Program-made: the position numbers and the translations under genes
Shown: positions 25,901-38,788 of the stretch, piece after piece
Position numbering within the stretch: position 1 is the first letter of the stretch
Layout: each line of letters begins with the position of its first letter
NCBI GenBank assembly: GCA_951406725.2
Contig: OX597827.1
Span: 65,162,001 to 65,226,000 of the forward strand
Source of the DNA: Octopus vulgaris
Taxonomy: Eukaryota
Reading direction: 5' to 3'
Length of the DNA stretch: 64,000 bases
Notes under the pieces: model-generated
The model's database searches: none
Seen by the model: the letters and a program-made list of their open reading frames with translations, nothing else
What the model was told of the DNA's origin: nothing

Positions 25901-25959
<59 letters not shown>

Positions 25960-26294
25960 GAGGCGAATAACGTATATATTTCTATACACATACATAAACA
26001 ACACTCCCACCTCTCCATATTGACACAACACATATACACACATAGAAATAGAAGTGGACAGAGATATGAAGACTAAATGCATTATAGTGAAATTAGAAAT
26101 CAATTTTATTTGAAGTGACAATTCACAATTTATTGTTTAAAATATATACGGAAAAGTACATAGGTAATGCAGGATAAATAATAATAATAATACCAAATGA
26201 AGCTGTGATTTCACACGTTCTGTTCCGAGTTTTGTGTCCTTGGTTTTGAAACGATTTCGATTTTATTGTGCTAGTCTGGTTTATTAATATTGTG

Positions 26295-26490
26295 ATCTGG
26301 CAGAATGGTTAGCATGCTGGTTAAAATGCTACGCCGCAGTTTGATCGTCTTTATGTTCTGAGTTCAAATGACCTCGATGTATACTTTACCTATTATACTT
26401 TCGGGTTGGTAAAATAAGTACTAGTCAAGCACTGAAAGCGACTAGCCCCTTTCCCTAAAATTTCAGGTGTTGTACCTATAGTAGAAAATA
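26295..26490 (+). mobile_element. SINE S2, degenerate
   Basis: CTGGCAGAATGGTTAGC head, GAGTTCAAAT, and the TTTCAGG..GTAGAAA tail variant. Confidence 0.6.
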
Positions 26491-26775
26491 TATTTTTCTC
26501 AGCATTACGCAGAGCGGTCAAATTCCAACGAGGACGAATTTGCCTTTCAACCTTTCAGCGACTGCAAAACAATGTACTACTCAAGTGTTGGGGTCCATGA
26601 AATCTACCTTCTCTTTCCTCGGAATGGCTGTCCCGATGCGAAAACTAGAAAGAATATTTATTATTTTGTACGCTTAGCCCCAATTCTCGCAGCTTTACAT
26701 CAAAGTTCATATCTTACCACGATTGACTTTACCTTTCGTCCCATTGCGATTGATAAAAAAAGGTACTAATCAAGC

Positions 26776-26917
26776 TGATGAACACAGTGTCCAAGAACAT
26801 CCTCTGGTGGACATGAATAAGGGGCTGCCTTGTCCTCCTCATATGGTTTAATGAAGAATTTCCTGAAGTCCATGGATGAAATTAGTAAAAACCACCTATT
26901 CACATCTTTGTCTCAGA
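26776..26917 (+). repeat. Direct repeat of the transposon remnant's 3' end (28389-28535)
   Basis: TGATGAAC.CAGTGTCCAAGAA.ATCCTCTGGTGGACAT ... CTATTCACATCTTTGTCTCAGAG is present at both positions. Confidence 0.85.
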
Positions 26918-27262
26918 GAGAGAAAAAACATAATTGATCTAAAATATTAGGCGTGTACTTATATTAGAAAGAACTGAAAATAATTAGACTGGAAGTCGGC
27001 AAGCTGGTGTCAAAATTAGGTGCCAAAATTAGGAAGAATAATTACACTAGTTTACAAAGAAATTGAGACAAACATAAGAATAGTTGTTCTAACCTAATTC
27101 TAGGATGCTGGCTTCAGATACAAAACCAGTCATCACGCATCACCTCTAGTTTTTGAGATATAGATTATTATGATTTTGTAACTATTTACATAACCATATA
27201 TAAGATCAGTTTTGTATTTTATTTTCCAGATTTTTTTAATACATATGTTACATATCTCCACA

Positions 27263-28490
27263 ATGGCTTCAAGCACTTCAAAATACTGAGGATACATCAA
27301 GAAGGCAAGTTCATTCTATTGCTTGTATGGGAATTTCACGACAGTTGCGCAGCGTCGAGCAATTGCTTCCTTCCTGAAACCGCTTACTTTCATTATTTTG
27401 AGTGAAAAATTGGAGATCAGGACAAATCCTGGGCCCCACACATCTGTTGTAAACCCTGCTAAAATGGACTAACTGCAATTTTTAACAGCAAGAAAGCAGC
27501 CTTCAACTTTGCTGTCCCAATGGTCAGGAGAGAGCCACGAAGCCATTGCAGAATCACGAAGAAGCCATGCAGATTATTATTTGTTTGTCTAAAAAATATA
27601 ACAGGTATAAATGCTTCTTCTAGAAAAAAGTTAAATATTCCAACCTTCCCTCAGCTATGAGACCTGTTCCCCACTCAGATGATCTCCCTGTCACTAAACC
27701 CCCCAGCAAATAAGGATATTCTTCTTTGATCAGATGAAGAAAGACCTCCATTGGAAGATTCTGCCAAGTCAATCTCTTCTTAAGACAAAGTCTCTGTTTA
27801 TTCATGAGCAAGCGGCAATGATCACCACTTGATCACGCAGGAAGACCTGAATGACCTAGCCCGTGGTTTGTATCTATCTAAGCAGCAATCAGAGCTCCTG
27901 GCATCCTGGTTTAAGCAGTGGAATCTGGTCAAGGCAGATGTAATTATCCTCAGTTTCAGGACAAGGGACAATGCCTCTGTTTCATTCTTCAACATGGAAA
28001 ACAGGTCGTGATACTGCACAAGGGTTTCTGGCTTGTTCACCTTTCTTGGTTTTCCACACAATCTCTCAGAGTGGCGTCTTTTCATAAACTCTTCCAAGCG
28101 ATGTCTGAAGGCTGTGCTCCTGCACAATGGGAATAAATATCCCAGCGTTCCCATTGCCTACTCAGTCCATCAAAAGGAGTTATATGACAATATGGAGCTC
28201 CTTTTGGAAGCTGTCAAGTACAACCAGTACCAATGGAGTCCATGCGGGGATCTGAATGTCATCGGGCTACTTAGGGGTATACAAACAGGCTTTACAAAGT
28301 ACCGTTACTTTCTCCGTCTCTCGGACAGTCAACCTGTGTCCAAGTGCTACAAGCAGAAAGACTGGGCATCTAGGGATAATTATGTGCCTGATGAACGCAG
28401 TGTCCAAGAAAATCCTCTGGTGGACATTAACAAGGGGCGTCTTCCTCCTCTTCATATGATTTAATGAAGAATTCCCTGAAGGCCATGGAC
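27263..28490 (+). pseudogene. DNA transposase remnant, probably Chapaev3-type (CMC superfamily)
   Basis: Fragments KIGDQDKSWAPHICCKPC, LITQEDLNDLAR.L.LSKQQSELLAS, EWRLFINSSKRCLKAVLLHNGNKYPSVPIA, CGDL and LPPLH. Multiple stops and frameshifts; C-terminus absent. The family name is from recall of these motifs. Confidence 0.75.
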
Positions 28491-28978
28491 AAAATTAATA
28501 AAAAAAAAACATCTATTCACATCTTTGTCTCAGAGCAAAAAAAGTTTTGTAAACCTATTCAAGACCTATGAACATTGAGAACTGTTTAGTAAGTTGGGAA
28601 AGCCCCAAGTGGTATTTCTTCTGGTACTTTCCGTTCTAAGTGCTGATTCCTAGAAGGTCAGCTTTGTCCTTTGTATTTTGGGGGATAGAATTCATAGTAT
28701 CACTCAACTCCTGAAATCGAAACAGTCGACTAATTCTTGTTCCTTTAAAAATTGCTGGTGCTCTGCCAAAACTTAAAACCATTATATTATACTCGCTGGA
28801 CTAAAACGATGTTTGAACCAAACTGTGCCGTTTAAAAAGTGTATAAAATAAAAAAGTGGGGAAAATATGACGCTTCTCAAGGTAATTATATATTGTACTA
28901 AGCATTTCAATGAAGAAAAAATGCTAAAAAGAAAGTGAACCAAAGTGGTATATTTGGAAGTAAGTTACGGGGAGAAAG

Positions 28979-29022
<44 letters not shown>

Positions 29023-29651
29023 GGATAAACAATATAGAGAAAAAGAGACAGAGAGAGGGATGAAGGAGTGATGTGAAATATACAAAGGGAATGTAAAAGA
29101 GAAAAGAGAAAGGTTTGAGTAAATGAAAGAAAAAGTGAGAGGGGATAACCAGCCTACGGCTGTCTGGCAATGTAACAGTGAATGCAGCGCTACAACATGT
29201 GCGTTGGAGTCCATAGATCTTACGTTGAAGGATATTGGAGTTTTGGCCTTTTTTTTTTAAATCGATAGATGTCGAACTCAGAAAACGTCTCAAATTTTTT
29301 GGAATGCGCTTTGTGACATCAATACAGAAAAAAAAGTACCAGTTGCATCAATAACTCAAAAATAAATAGATCAAAATGTGCGATGCACAGCGCTAAAAAT
29401 TACTATGCAGAATCTTTCGTGTGATGCATAAAGCCATCTTACCTGTGCTTTACTTTGTAATCTACAGATATGTCTGAAAACGAAGGTAACATGATAATAA
29501 AAAACAAATCTTACCTGCTCCCTCGTCTTTTACAGTTCTATATCCATATGTATATATTACCGTAAAACAAATCAAAAAAAGCAAGATTTGGCTTTTAATG
29601 TTCTGTTACATTCTCGCCTATACAATACTACATGTTAATTTTAGCATAATA

Positions 29652-29774
29652 CGAAGGGTGTATGAAAAGTCTTGAGCCTCAAAACACCAAAGCATGTTAC
29701 AAAATTTCTGATGAAGGTACAAAACCTCAAAGCTCAAAGGCCTTGAAGGCTCAAAACTTTTCATATACCCCTCG
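29652..29774. mobile_element. Mariner-type MITE
   Basis: TIRs CGAAGGGTGTATGAAAAGTCTTGAGCCT and (reverse complement) CGAGGGGTATATGAAAAGTTTTGAGCCT, flanked by TA. Confidence 0.85.
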
Positions 29775-30099
29775 TATATCTGACACAATAGATTTCGTGA
29801 TCGTAAATTTTCGGGAGTTTTAAGCAACAAAACAATAACAGTAACATTAAACGCAGGGAATGCAGTGTAAATAACGGACAGAGTGAAGACTATTGAAAAG
29901 GTTGCAAGACGCCACGAAAATTTTAGGAAGATAAAAATAAGAAATAAGTGGAAATTGTACCGGTGAGTGTGTTACATTATAAGGCACAAAAAGAAAATGA
30001 CTCTCCCAAGACACAACAGAATATGCTTCAACACACGAACTCATATAAAGAATCTTGCAAACCAAATGCCAAAACGAAAAGTAACATTAAAAATATACC

Positions 30100-30332
30100 T
30101 ATTCCTTTACTACCCACATGGGGCTAAACACAAAGAGGATAAACAAGGGCAGACAAACGGATTAAGTCGATTATATCGACCTCAGTGCGTAACTGGTACT
30201 TATTTAATCGATCCCAAAAGGATGAAAGGCAAAGTCTACCTCGGCGGAATTTGAATTCAGAACGTAGCAGCAGACGAAATACTGCTAAGCATTTCGCTCG
30301 GCGTGCTAAAGTTTCTGCCTGCTCGCCGCCTT
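30100..30332 (-). mobile_element. SINE S2
   Basis: Full head to tail. Flanking direct repeat GTAACATTAAAAATATACC at 30081-30099 and 30333-30351. Confidence 0.9.
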
Positions 30333-31642
30333 GTAACATTAAAAATATACCGATTATGGATAGCATTACAAATAGATTGCATTCATCAAAATTTCTCATC
30401 AAGAAATCCAAATACTCAAATCTTTCGTTCCTGCCAGCGTTTGTTTTATTTCCTTTTTGCGGTTGTAAATACGTGTAATATGGATCGCCTCAAAGAATTG
30501 GACACAAACGTATTGCGGGAAATAATCCGTGATAATCTCTCCTTAATGATAAGCTTCACCCAGGTGAAGGGAAATAAGTGAAACGAAATATACAACAGCA
30601 TTCATTTGAAACAGAACACAAACTAAACCCGACTTTCGAATATCTTAAGAGAAGGTAAAAAGAAAGAGATTTCAATAGATCCAGTAGCACTTAGACCTAA
30701 TCACATAATTCATGAGTCTGCTGTCTAGGGAAAGCGAATAAACTGATATTAAACATTAAATATGGGAGATGGATGCATAAAACAAATGCAACTACACTAA
30801 TCTTTCACTTAAGATTAGATGCATTCATGAATTACTCATCGGATTTAAGATGGATTTAAATTCTTCATGTTAGGAAAATAACCTCGGTAAAACTTGTACT
30901 CATAATATCCAAGTTTTATATCTTGTTCGAGGGATTGGCTAAGTCGATTACATCAACAGAAGGAAGAAAATTAATAAACATATATTTAAAGGTAATGAGG
31001 ATATAGAAAGCAGTGACTTCGTTTTAACAACAGCGCGCCATGTAGTAAATGGTAGGCAGGGGTGATCGGTTTATGTAGCTCTTTCTACTCAAAACTGGAC
31101 CCTCACTTCTGGAGAAAAAAAATGATATTTAAAAAGAAACCAAAAGAAAAAAATAGCTAATAGTCACAAACTAAAACAAACTGCGGCGAATAATGAAGCT
31201 AATGAATTATAGATATCATAGACACAATAGTCCTTAAGTTTTTAACACTGAACCTAAATTAAGAAGAGGAATCTGAAAATATAAAACAATTATTAATATT
31301 ATAATTATAACTATTATTTCCCAATTATTTAGTATGTATATTGAACTTAACGTCGTTTTACGATTTGGTTTAGCGTCAAGAATTTGAAGCTTAGTTACAC
31401 ATAGACAGTGTATGTGTGCATATACATACATATGTCAACCATTGATTATAATATATATATACACACACACACACAAAATGCATAAACACACATATTGTAT
31501 ACTATTTCTTCCACTATTCACAAATATCAAATCGAATGATTGAGATTATTTGTGTCTATTGCGGTGTATATAACTACATGGATATTTAACTATATGTATA
31601 TAATATATAGTGAGCGTGTGTTGTACGAAGTTATAAATGGAA

Positions 31643-31879
31643 AAGGCAGTGAGCTGGCAGAATCGTTAGCACGCCGGGCGAAATGCTTAGTGGTATTTCG
31701 TCTGCTACTACGTTCTGGGTTCAAATTCCGCCAAGGTCGACTTTGCCTTTCATCCTTTCAGGGTCGATTAAATAAGTACCAGTTACGCACTGGGGTCGAT
31801 ATAATTGACTTAATCCGTTTGTCTGTCCTTGTTTATCCCCTCTGTGTTTAGCCCCTTGTGGGTAGTAAAGAAATAGGTA
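31643..31879 (+). mobile_element. SINE S2
   Basis: Full length, with tail AGCCCCTTGTGGGTAGTAAAGAAATAGGTA. Confidence 0.9.
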
Positions 31880-31924
31880 TGTATAGGTATGTTTATGAAC
31901 GAATGGGTTTTTGTATGTGTCTCT

Positions 31925-32102
31925 CTCTTTTACTTTTTTACTTGTTTCAGTCATTTGACTGCGGCCATGCTGGAGCACCGCCTTTCATCGAACGAACCGA
32001 CCCCAGGAATTATTCTTTGTAAGCCTAGTACTTATTCTATCGGGCTCTTTTGCCGAACCGCTAAGTTATGGGGACGTAAACAATCCAGCATCGGTTGTCA
32101 AG
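31925..32102 (-). mobile_element. SINE S1, 3' half
   Basis: S1 tail and body motifs. Confidence 0.85.
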
Positions 32103-32295
32103 CTAATATATTCGTTTGTGTTAAATATCTTATATTTCTCCGAGTTTATTTGTAACAGTTTATATACACAGAAATGTTATTGAAAGAAAAATCTCCAACC
32201 CTCGAGGTTGAGGTTGAGAACATTGAAACGCGATTCTTTGGTATAATCGGTACAATAAGATTCTTTCAAAAGCATTAATATTTCTACCGTAAAAA

Positions 32296-32503
32296 CAGTG
32301 ACCTGGCAGAACCGTTAGCACGCCGGGCTTAGTGGTATTTCGTCTGCTTCTACGTTCTGGGTTCAAATTCTGCCGAGGTCAACCTTATTTTTCATCCTCT
32401 CAGGGTCGATAAATTAAGTACCAGTTGCGGACTGGAGTCGATGTAATCGACAGACCCCCTCCCCCAAAATTTCGGGCATTTTGCCTCGAGTAGAAAAGAA
32501 TAT
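32296..32503 (+). mobile_element. SINE S2 with alternative tail
   Basis: S2 head and core, then CCCCCTCCCCCAAAATTTCGGGC..GTAGAAAAGAATATT. Confidence 0.8.
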
Positions 32504-33905
32504 TTCTTCTGTAAATTGTAATCTGACAAGATCATGAAAAACTCTATTAAAAATTATCGTGTTTTTAGGTAAGACAAAAATACGCACTAATTAGATCGTC
32601 ACATATATTATCTCTTTGTGACTCATAGGTCTGGGAAATATAAGAAATTTAACACAAAACGCATACCTTACCATTAACCATGAAACCAATGTAATAATCA
32701 CTAAAATAAAACTAAATAAATACGTATAGCAAAGTACTTAATTGGGTACCATTCGTAACCCTTAATGATAACAAGTCAAGCTTCGACATAAACACATATT
32801 CAGAATGGTAATTTCTGCTAAGTGTGAACTTGGGTAAATTAGCGAACATAGTAAAATACGTGCATGACAAAATTAGAGATTCCATTACATCGTGATAATG
32901 GAATAACACAAGTAAAGTACTTAAAAGTTATAATGAAATTAGCAATAAAAATAGATGAAAATTCACTAATACTCGATATTGCCAATTCTAAATATTAATC
33001 TCCAAGCTTCTCCTCACGAAGGAGCCAATATGATGCATTACGATATTGATAATAGCCATGTTGACATACCATCAGGAGGTCATTACTATTTGACAAAATA
33101 TCTGCGTGGTCGAAAGATTGTAATAACCGACTGGACATCATGCTGTGCTACTTTGGCTTAGCAAAAGTTATTGGCAAAAGCCTCCAATATCTCATTAGTA
33201 CATACCTTTTCGAAACTAATTTGCCTGCAAAGAACACAAAATGTCCTGGTAGTGTGTAAATGTAGGGTATTCCCAGAGAAGGGCTCAACCCCCGAATACT
33301 GGGCTATCAACAATGCCGGAATTATTCAAGTGTAGAAAATCATCGTTTTATGACGGTCCCATCATAATGTGACTTGGCGAAGAGTAAATTATTAACTAAA
33401 TAATCAGAAGACAAATCAATTTTTTAACAGAATTTTATATAAGTGTTAACGAATTTATTATTCGAACAGCGAAGACCAGTCTGAGAAACCGAAAATGACA
33501 TCCAAGGAGAGTTACCATTTATATTGTTTTACTTTCAATCACTGGAATGCAGCCATACTGGGAGACCGCTTTGAAGGGTTGTACATAAGGAGAGCGTTCA
33601 CAGCCAGTATTTTAAAAAAAAGTCTGGCGCGTATTTTATCGTCGATGTCATATATAAGGATACCAGTAATTATTATAAAATAACGAACATGAATATAAAT
33701 TGGGAAAATAGCTTACAGCTATTTCAGCCAAAATATAAAAATACCTGATTATACCTTTAATACTCGAGTTGAGAGAAGTAATAGGTAGATGAAAATAAGG
33801 TACGTTTTGAAGGACGTTAACCTGGTAATTTTTGGTAAGCAAACTTTGAAATTGTGCTGTTAATATGAAGCCTTCAGTCTCTTCTTCCTTTTTATTATTG
33901 TTTAA

Positions 33906-34150
33906 CGCGGCGAGATGACAGAGGGGTTAGCACTTTGGACGAAATGCTTAGCAATGTTTGGCTCGTAGCGACATTCTGAGTTCAAATGCCACCTAGGCCG
34001 CAGGTTTGCCTTTCATCTTTTCGGCTACGATAAATTAAATACCAGTCAAACACTGGGCTCGATGTAATCGACTAGTCCCTTCCCCCAAAAGTTTCAGGCC
34101 TTGTGCCTTTAGTAGAAAGGATTATTATTATTATTATTATTATTATTATT
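33906..34150 (+). mobile_element. SINE S2 with alternative tail ending in (ATT)n
   Basis: TTTCAGGCCTTGTGCCTTTAGTAGAAAGG(ATT)n. Confidence 0.8.
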
Positions 34151-34199
34151 GTTGTTGTTGTTGTTGTTGTAGTCGATACCATCCTCATTATTTTTTAGC

Positions 34200-35700
34200 A
34201 TTTTCTCTTTGTTGGCTTATTAATTCATTTTCCTTTACAATCCTGTCGCAGAACAGTCTGTCGAAACCTTTGTCGTTCACACTTGTCATGAAGTTTGGAT
34301 TACCATTCATATAACGGAGGACATTAACATACATTATATCAACCACTTAAATTATATTCTGGCATCTGAGTCTCAGAAACCAATCATTATTATTACTGTT
34401 GTTAGTTTTTTTTCTTTGATTTTACGCCCCTTTATATTCTTTGGTCAAATACCAACTGTGTTGATATGATATAGCCTTTCATCAAATGAAATTATACAAA
34501 TATTAACATCACTCCTGCCATTATCACTTGGTTAATTCCACCGTTTTGATTGTCCAAGTATTGGTCATGTGCAGAGTGTTTATTTTCATGAAGCATACAT
34601 ATGTTTAGCTTACATTTTAGCGTTTCAGAATCTCCATTACTGTTCATCTTTTCTATATTTTATATTTGTTAGGTTGTTTAAAGACAAAACCGTTATTTTT
34701 TTCTTTATTGTTGTTTTGTACCTATTTATGTCAGATTTTTGCTTTACAAGCGAACATTTGTAGCCAATAGATTGGGTAGTTTTTAATGCTTCTTTATATT
34801 TGGCTGGAAAAAAATCCGCCAGAGCAGACTTAGAATTAGGAAAATTAAAAAGCATTAACGTCATATTACGTAAAGTAACAGACGAGAGAATTTGACCAAA
34901 CACTGAATTACAAACACTTAGTTGTTTTAAGATTGGTAAATATAATCTTTTATGTCGGATTTCGGGTAGCCAACGCTAACCGCTATCGTTATTTATTTAT
35001 TTTCCTATTTTTACGTCTAGATCTGCTAATTTACTTAGTGATCATTTGATAATATTATAGCCATCATTTTTTTACTGAGATATTGAAACCTTATTTATGT
35101 CATTGAGCACAGTTTTGAAGTATTACTCTAATGCGTTTATAATATTCTTTCCTAAAATTTTTCTTTCATGTCTGTGTTTCTTTTCTTCCTAATTTATTGA
35201 TTCTACAATGTTTGTATGTCTGTGTTTGGTTAAAATCTTTTATCTTTTGCTTTATCTAACATGACACTAATGTATTTATTTAAGTTTACTCTTTTAAAGC
35301 TGCCTTAGCGCATTTTTGTAATCCGAATTTCATAGCATTTCTTGTATTAAATCCGTCTACTGGATATTGCGTACAACTTCACGCCGTCCATATACAAAAG
35401 TCTATATACTCTACTCACACCGCATAGGATTTGTATTCAAGTCCTATTCTGTTTAGCATGCTGGATATCAGTTTAACACTACACAGCAAAGGAATGAAAA
35501 CAGATAACCCACTCGGTATATTCATCTTCTCACAGAGCCAGTATTACTTTTTGTAGTTCCCTGTTTTTGCCTGGGCCCATAACAGTGTTTGCCATTTACA
35601 CTTCATGGTGTTTTTCTTAGTCCTCTTCCATTGGCTAAGGGGTTACATTTACACATTACTTCTTTCCTTACAAATACAAACTCATATCCCATTTAAACCT
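34200..35700 (-). pseudogene. Highly decayed R4/Dong-clade LINE reverse transcriptase
   Basis: The minus strand near 35310-35540 gives RR*IY..., ISSMLNRIG, RLLYMDGVKLYA and MKFGLQKCAK, matching the R4/Dong motifs HLLYMDDLKLYA and MEFGLDKCAK. Boundaries are approximate, and the element may extend to about 37260 beyond two SINEs. Confidence 0.6.
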
Positions 35701-35718
35701 GACACGTGTAAATAATTT

Positions 35719-35984
35719 TAAAATAATAAATAAATGCGCCCTTTTTAAAGCCTAGCCAGACTCATGGGCCCGGTCTCACGGTTTCCATGGCGTATGCGTT
35801 CCCCAGCTGGACGAGAGGCCAGTCTATCGCAGCGTTACTCATTTTCGCCAGCTGAGTGGACTGGAGCAACGCGAAATGAAATGTATTGCTCAAGAACACA
35901 ACGCGTCACCCGATCCAGGAATCGAAACCACAACCTTACAATCATGATGCTGAAACCCTACCCACTAAGCCACGCGCCTCAACC
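35719..35984 (-). mobile_element. SINE, head S4 plus tail 2
   Basis: Head GAGGCGCGTGGCTTAGTGG, core CCACTCAGCTGGCGAAAATGAGTA, and the tail shared with 15047-15357. TSD GTAAATAATTT. Confidence 0.85.
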
Positions 35985-36044
35985 GTAAATAATTTACTAG
36001 TTATTAATAATAAATTTCTCATGGAATATATTTTGAGAGTTGTT

Positions 36045-36461
36045 TTTTACTCGTTTACTCTTTAACTTGTTTCAGTCATTTGGCTGCAGCCATGCTGGAG
36101 CACCGCCTCTTTTTAAACGAGCAAATCGACCCCAGGACTTATACTTTGTAAGCCTAGTACTTACTATATCGGTCTCTTTTGGCGAACCGCTATGTTACGG
36201 GGACGTAAATACACCAGCATCGGTTATTAAGCGATGTTGGGGGGGACAAACAAACACACATACATACACACACACACATATATATATATATATACATATA
36301 TATACGATGGGCTTCTTTCAGTTTTCGTCTACCAAATCCACTCACAAAGCTTTGTTCGGCCCGAGGCTATAGCAGAAGATACTTGCCCAAGGTGCCACGT
36401 AGTGGGACTGAACCCAGAACCATGTGGTTGGTAAGCATGCTACTTACCACTCAGCCACTCC
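36045..36461 (-). mobile_element. SINE S1, full length
   Basis: Reverse complement of the S1 pattern. Confidence 0.9.
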
Positions 36462-37320
36462 ATGGATTAATGTAAAATTACTTCTGGTACTCTGACCATG
36501 CGCTTTTCCCGCTCGGCTTGCTCTTACTACAACCTTTCATTCTGAAAATTCTGCTGAAAATTTGATGACAATAACCATATCCATCTTTGCTATATTTCTG
36601 TCATTTGGAATCAGGTTTGGTTCACCCAAGATGTATACTCATTTTCAGTCATTGGCAAGGAATGCGTAGATATGTTTGGGAATTGTTACTTTGAGGGTTT
36701 GCTGTTTGTTTCACCTTCTAGACTAAGACATTCTCCTCTGAAACTAACTGTAGGTTGTTGTTTCTTCCTCATTTAGTATAAGTTTCAACTTCCCTTCTCT
36801 TACCTTGTGTAATACTGTCGCTGCTAATTTAGGATTGTCATTATGCCATTGATGTTTCAAGCTGTTTATATTTATAGCACCGATATAATTTCTTGAGAGG
36901 ATAATGTCGCTCACGATTGCACAAATACTACGTTTGTTATTAAATACAAGAAGCTTCCGTTGTAATACTTACATTATCGATATCTTTCTCGACAGTATCT
37001 TTGTCGTATTTATACTTACTTCTTGGCAAATTGGATTTGGGTTAATTTCGAAGGTTTCACTTGTTCAAAGAATCGTACAAACGTTTAATTCCGGAAACCT
37101 AGTTTCTGGAATTTATGGATTCTTGTTATATATTCTTCAACGAAATCCGTGTTTCAGTTAGTCTCATTTCTAGCAGTAATATTTTGGTTTACAACCAAAT
37201 TATTAATGATTAAACCAACTCCAGCAAATCCACTCTGCCAACAAATAACTCGAAGTCTCGGTAAGTTATTCTGGTTGTATTTATATTTGATGTATATACG
37301 TAAACATATATAAATACATG

Positions 37321-37392
<72 letters not shown>

Positions 37393-37440
37393 TATATATA
37401 TATATATTAGAAGGCTTGGAGATGATGTACAGATATTATA

Positions 37441-37712
37441 TATTAGAAGAAATGAGTTACTTAGAAATCCGGATGGTTTTATATTTACAGTTATTTATTA
37501 GTATGTTACATATTCTTATACATCATATATCATATATCATATAAAGCGCTTTCGTCCATTCTAGTGGAATATTCAAATTGAACTCAATTTGAAGAATCCA
37601 CTAGAATGGACGAAAGCGGTGTTATGTTATATATGATATATGATGTATATACTAATAAATATATGTAAATATAAAACCATCCAGATTTCTGAGTACCTCA
37701 TTTCTTCTAATA
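37441..37712. mobile_element. Fold-back of two family-D pLTR-like arms
   Basis: Arms 37441-37580 and 37585-37712 are reverse complements with a 4-nt centre. Each carries TCCA(CTAGAA)TGGAC-GAAAGCG. Confidence 0.8.
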
Positions 37713-37724
37713 TATATATATATA

Positions 37725-38021
37725 CTAGCAGTATCGCCCGGCGTTGCTCGGGTTTGTAAGGGAAATAACTATATAAGCATTTTTAGAGAGTTACTTCCCT
37801 TATATAATAGTAAAAAATGCATTAAAAATGGGAAAAAAATGATGGTAATTTTTTTTTAATCGTAGACTCATCGTAGACGCGCGCTAATACCCAGAAGGGC
37901 TTGATATGAATCACGACTATACGATACCCGATTTTGCTTAAACTACGCCGCAAAATGTGGGAGTAGTTAGGAATCTAAATCATAGGAGACATACACACAC
38001 CTTCACTTTTATATATAAAGA
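37725..38021 (-). mobile_element. Non-autonomous Helitron (about 297 bp)
   Basis: The minus strand starts TCTTTATATATAAAAG and ends with the hairpin CCCGAGCAACGCCGGG followed by CTAG. It sits between A and T with no TSD. Confidence 0.85.
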
Positions 38022-38788
38022 TATATATATATATATATATATATATACTTGTATGTATATGTATGTGTGTGAGCGTGCGCATGCGGTGTGTTTATGTGCG
38101 TGTTTGGAAGGGTGTGTACGTGTGCGACTAAACTATTCCTGTAATACAAACCTGAAAAAATTGAAAAGACAGATGTCGAAAAAAGACGAAAAAAAATACG
38201 GACGATTGACAAGTATTTTGTGACGAACGTAGTTCAAAAGTGAACATTTTTTGAAAGATAAAAAAAATATATATTTGAAGAATTGCCAAGAAATATCTAA
38301 CTGAATACTGAATTATGTCAAACAATTGCATATTTTTGCCAGACATAGATTTTATTTCGCATGGATCGTCTCTATCAGCTTCAATTAGTTTTATTTTACA
38401 TCAATTATACCTCATTCATCACAGACGGATGATATCTAACATAACATAAGCTACGTTTAAGATATTGTTCGTTATTGTTCGATGAAATGTTTTCGAAACA
38501 ATGCCAAGTATAAATGTTATAAAAGTTTGTTGGAAGTAAAAGTGTACACAGATATATGTTTGTCTCTGTAACTCTCATTATCTAAACTCTGAGCTGAAGC
38601 AACCTCAGGTTATAATTTATCATAGTGAACGACATACGTATATAACATGTGAACAAAAATTATTCTAAGTAATGTTTAATAATAGATTTCAAAAACATAT
38701 GGACTTAGATATTTTTTTTAGAATTTATATTTTGTCAGAATTCTTAGTGCATCAGACAAAAATAAGTTTTGGTATGTGTATTTGTTAC

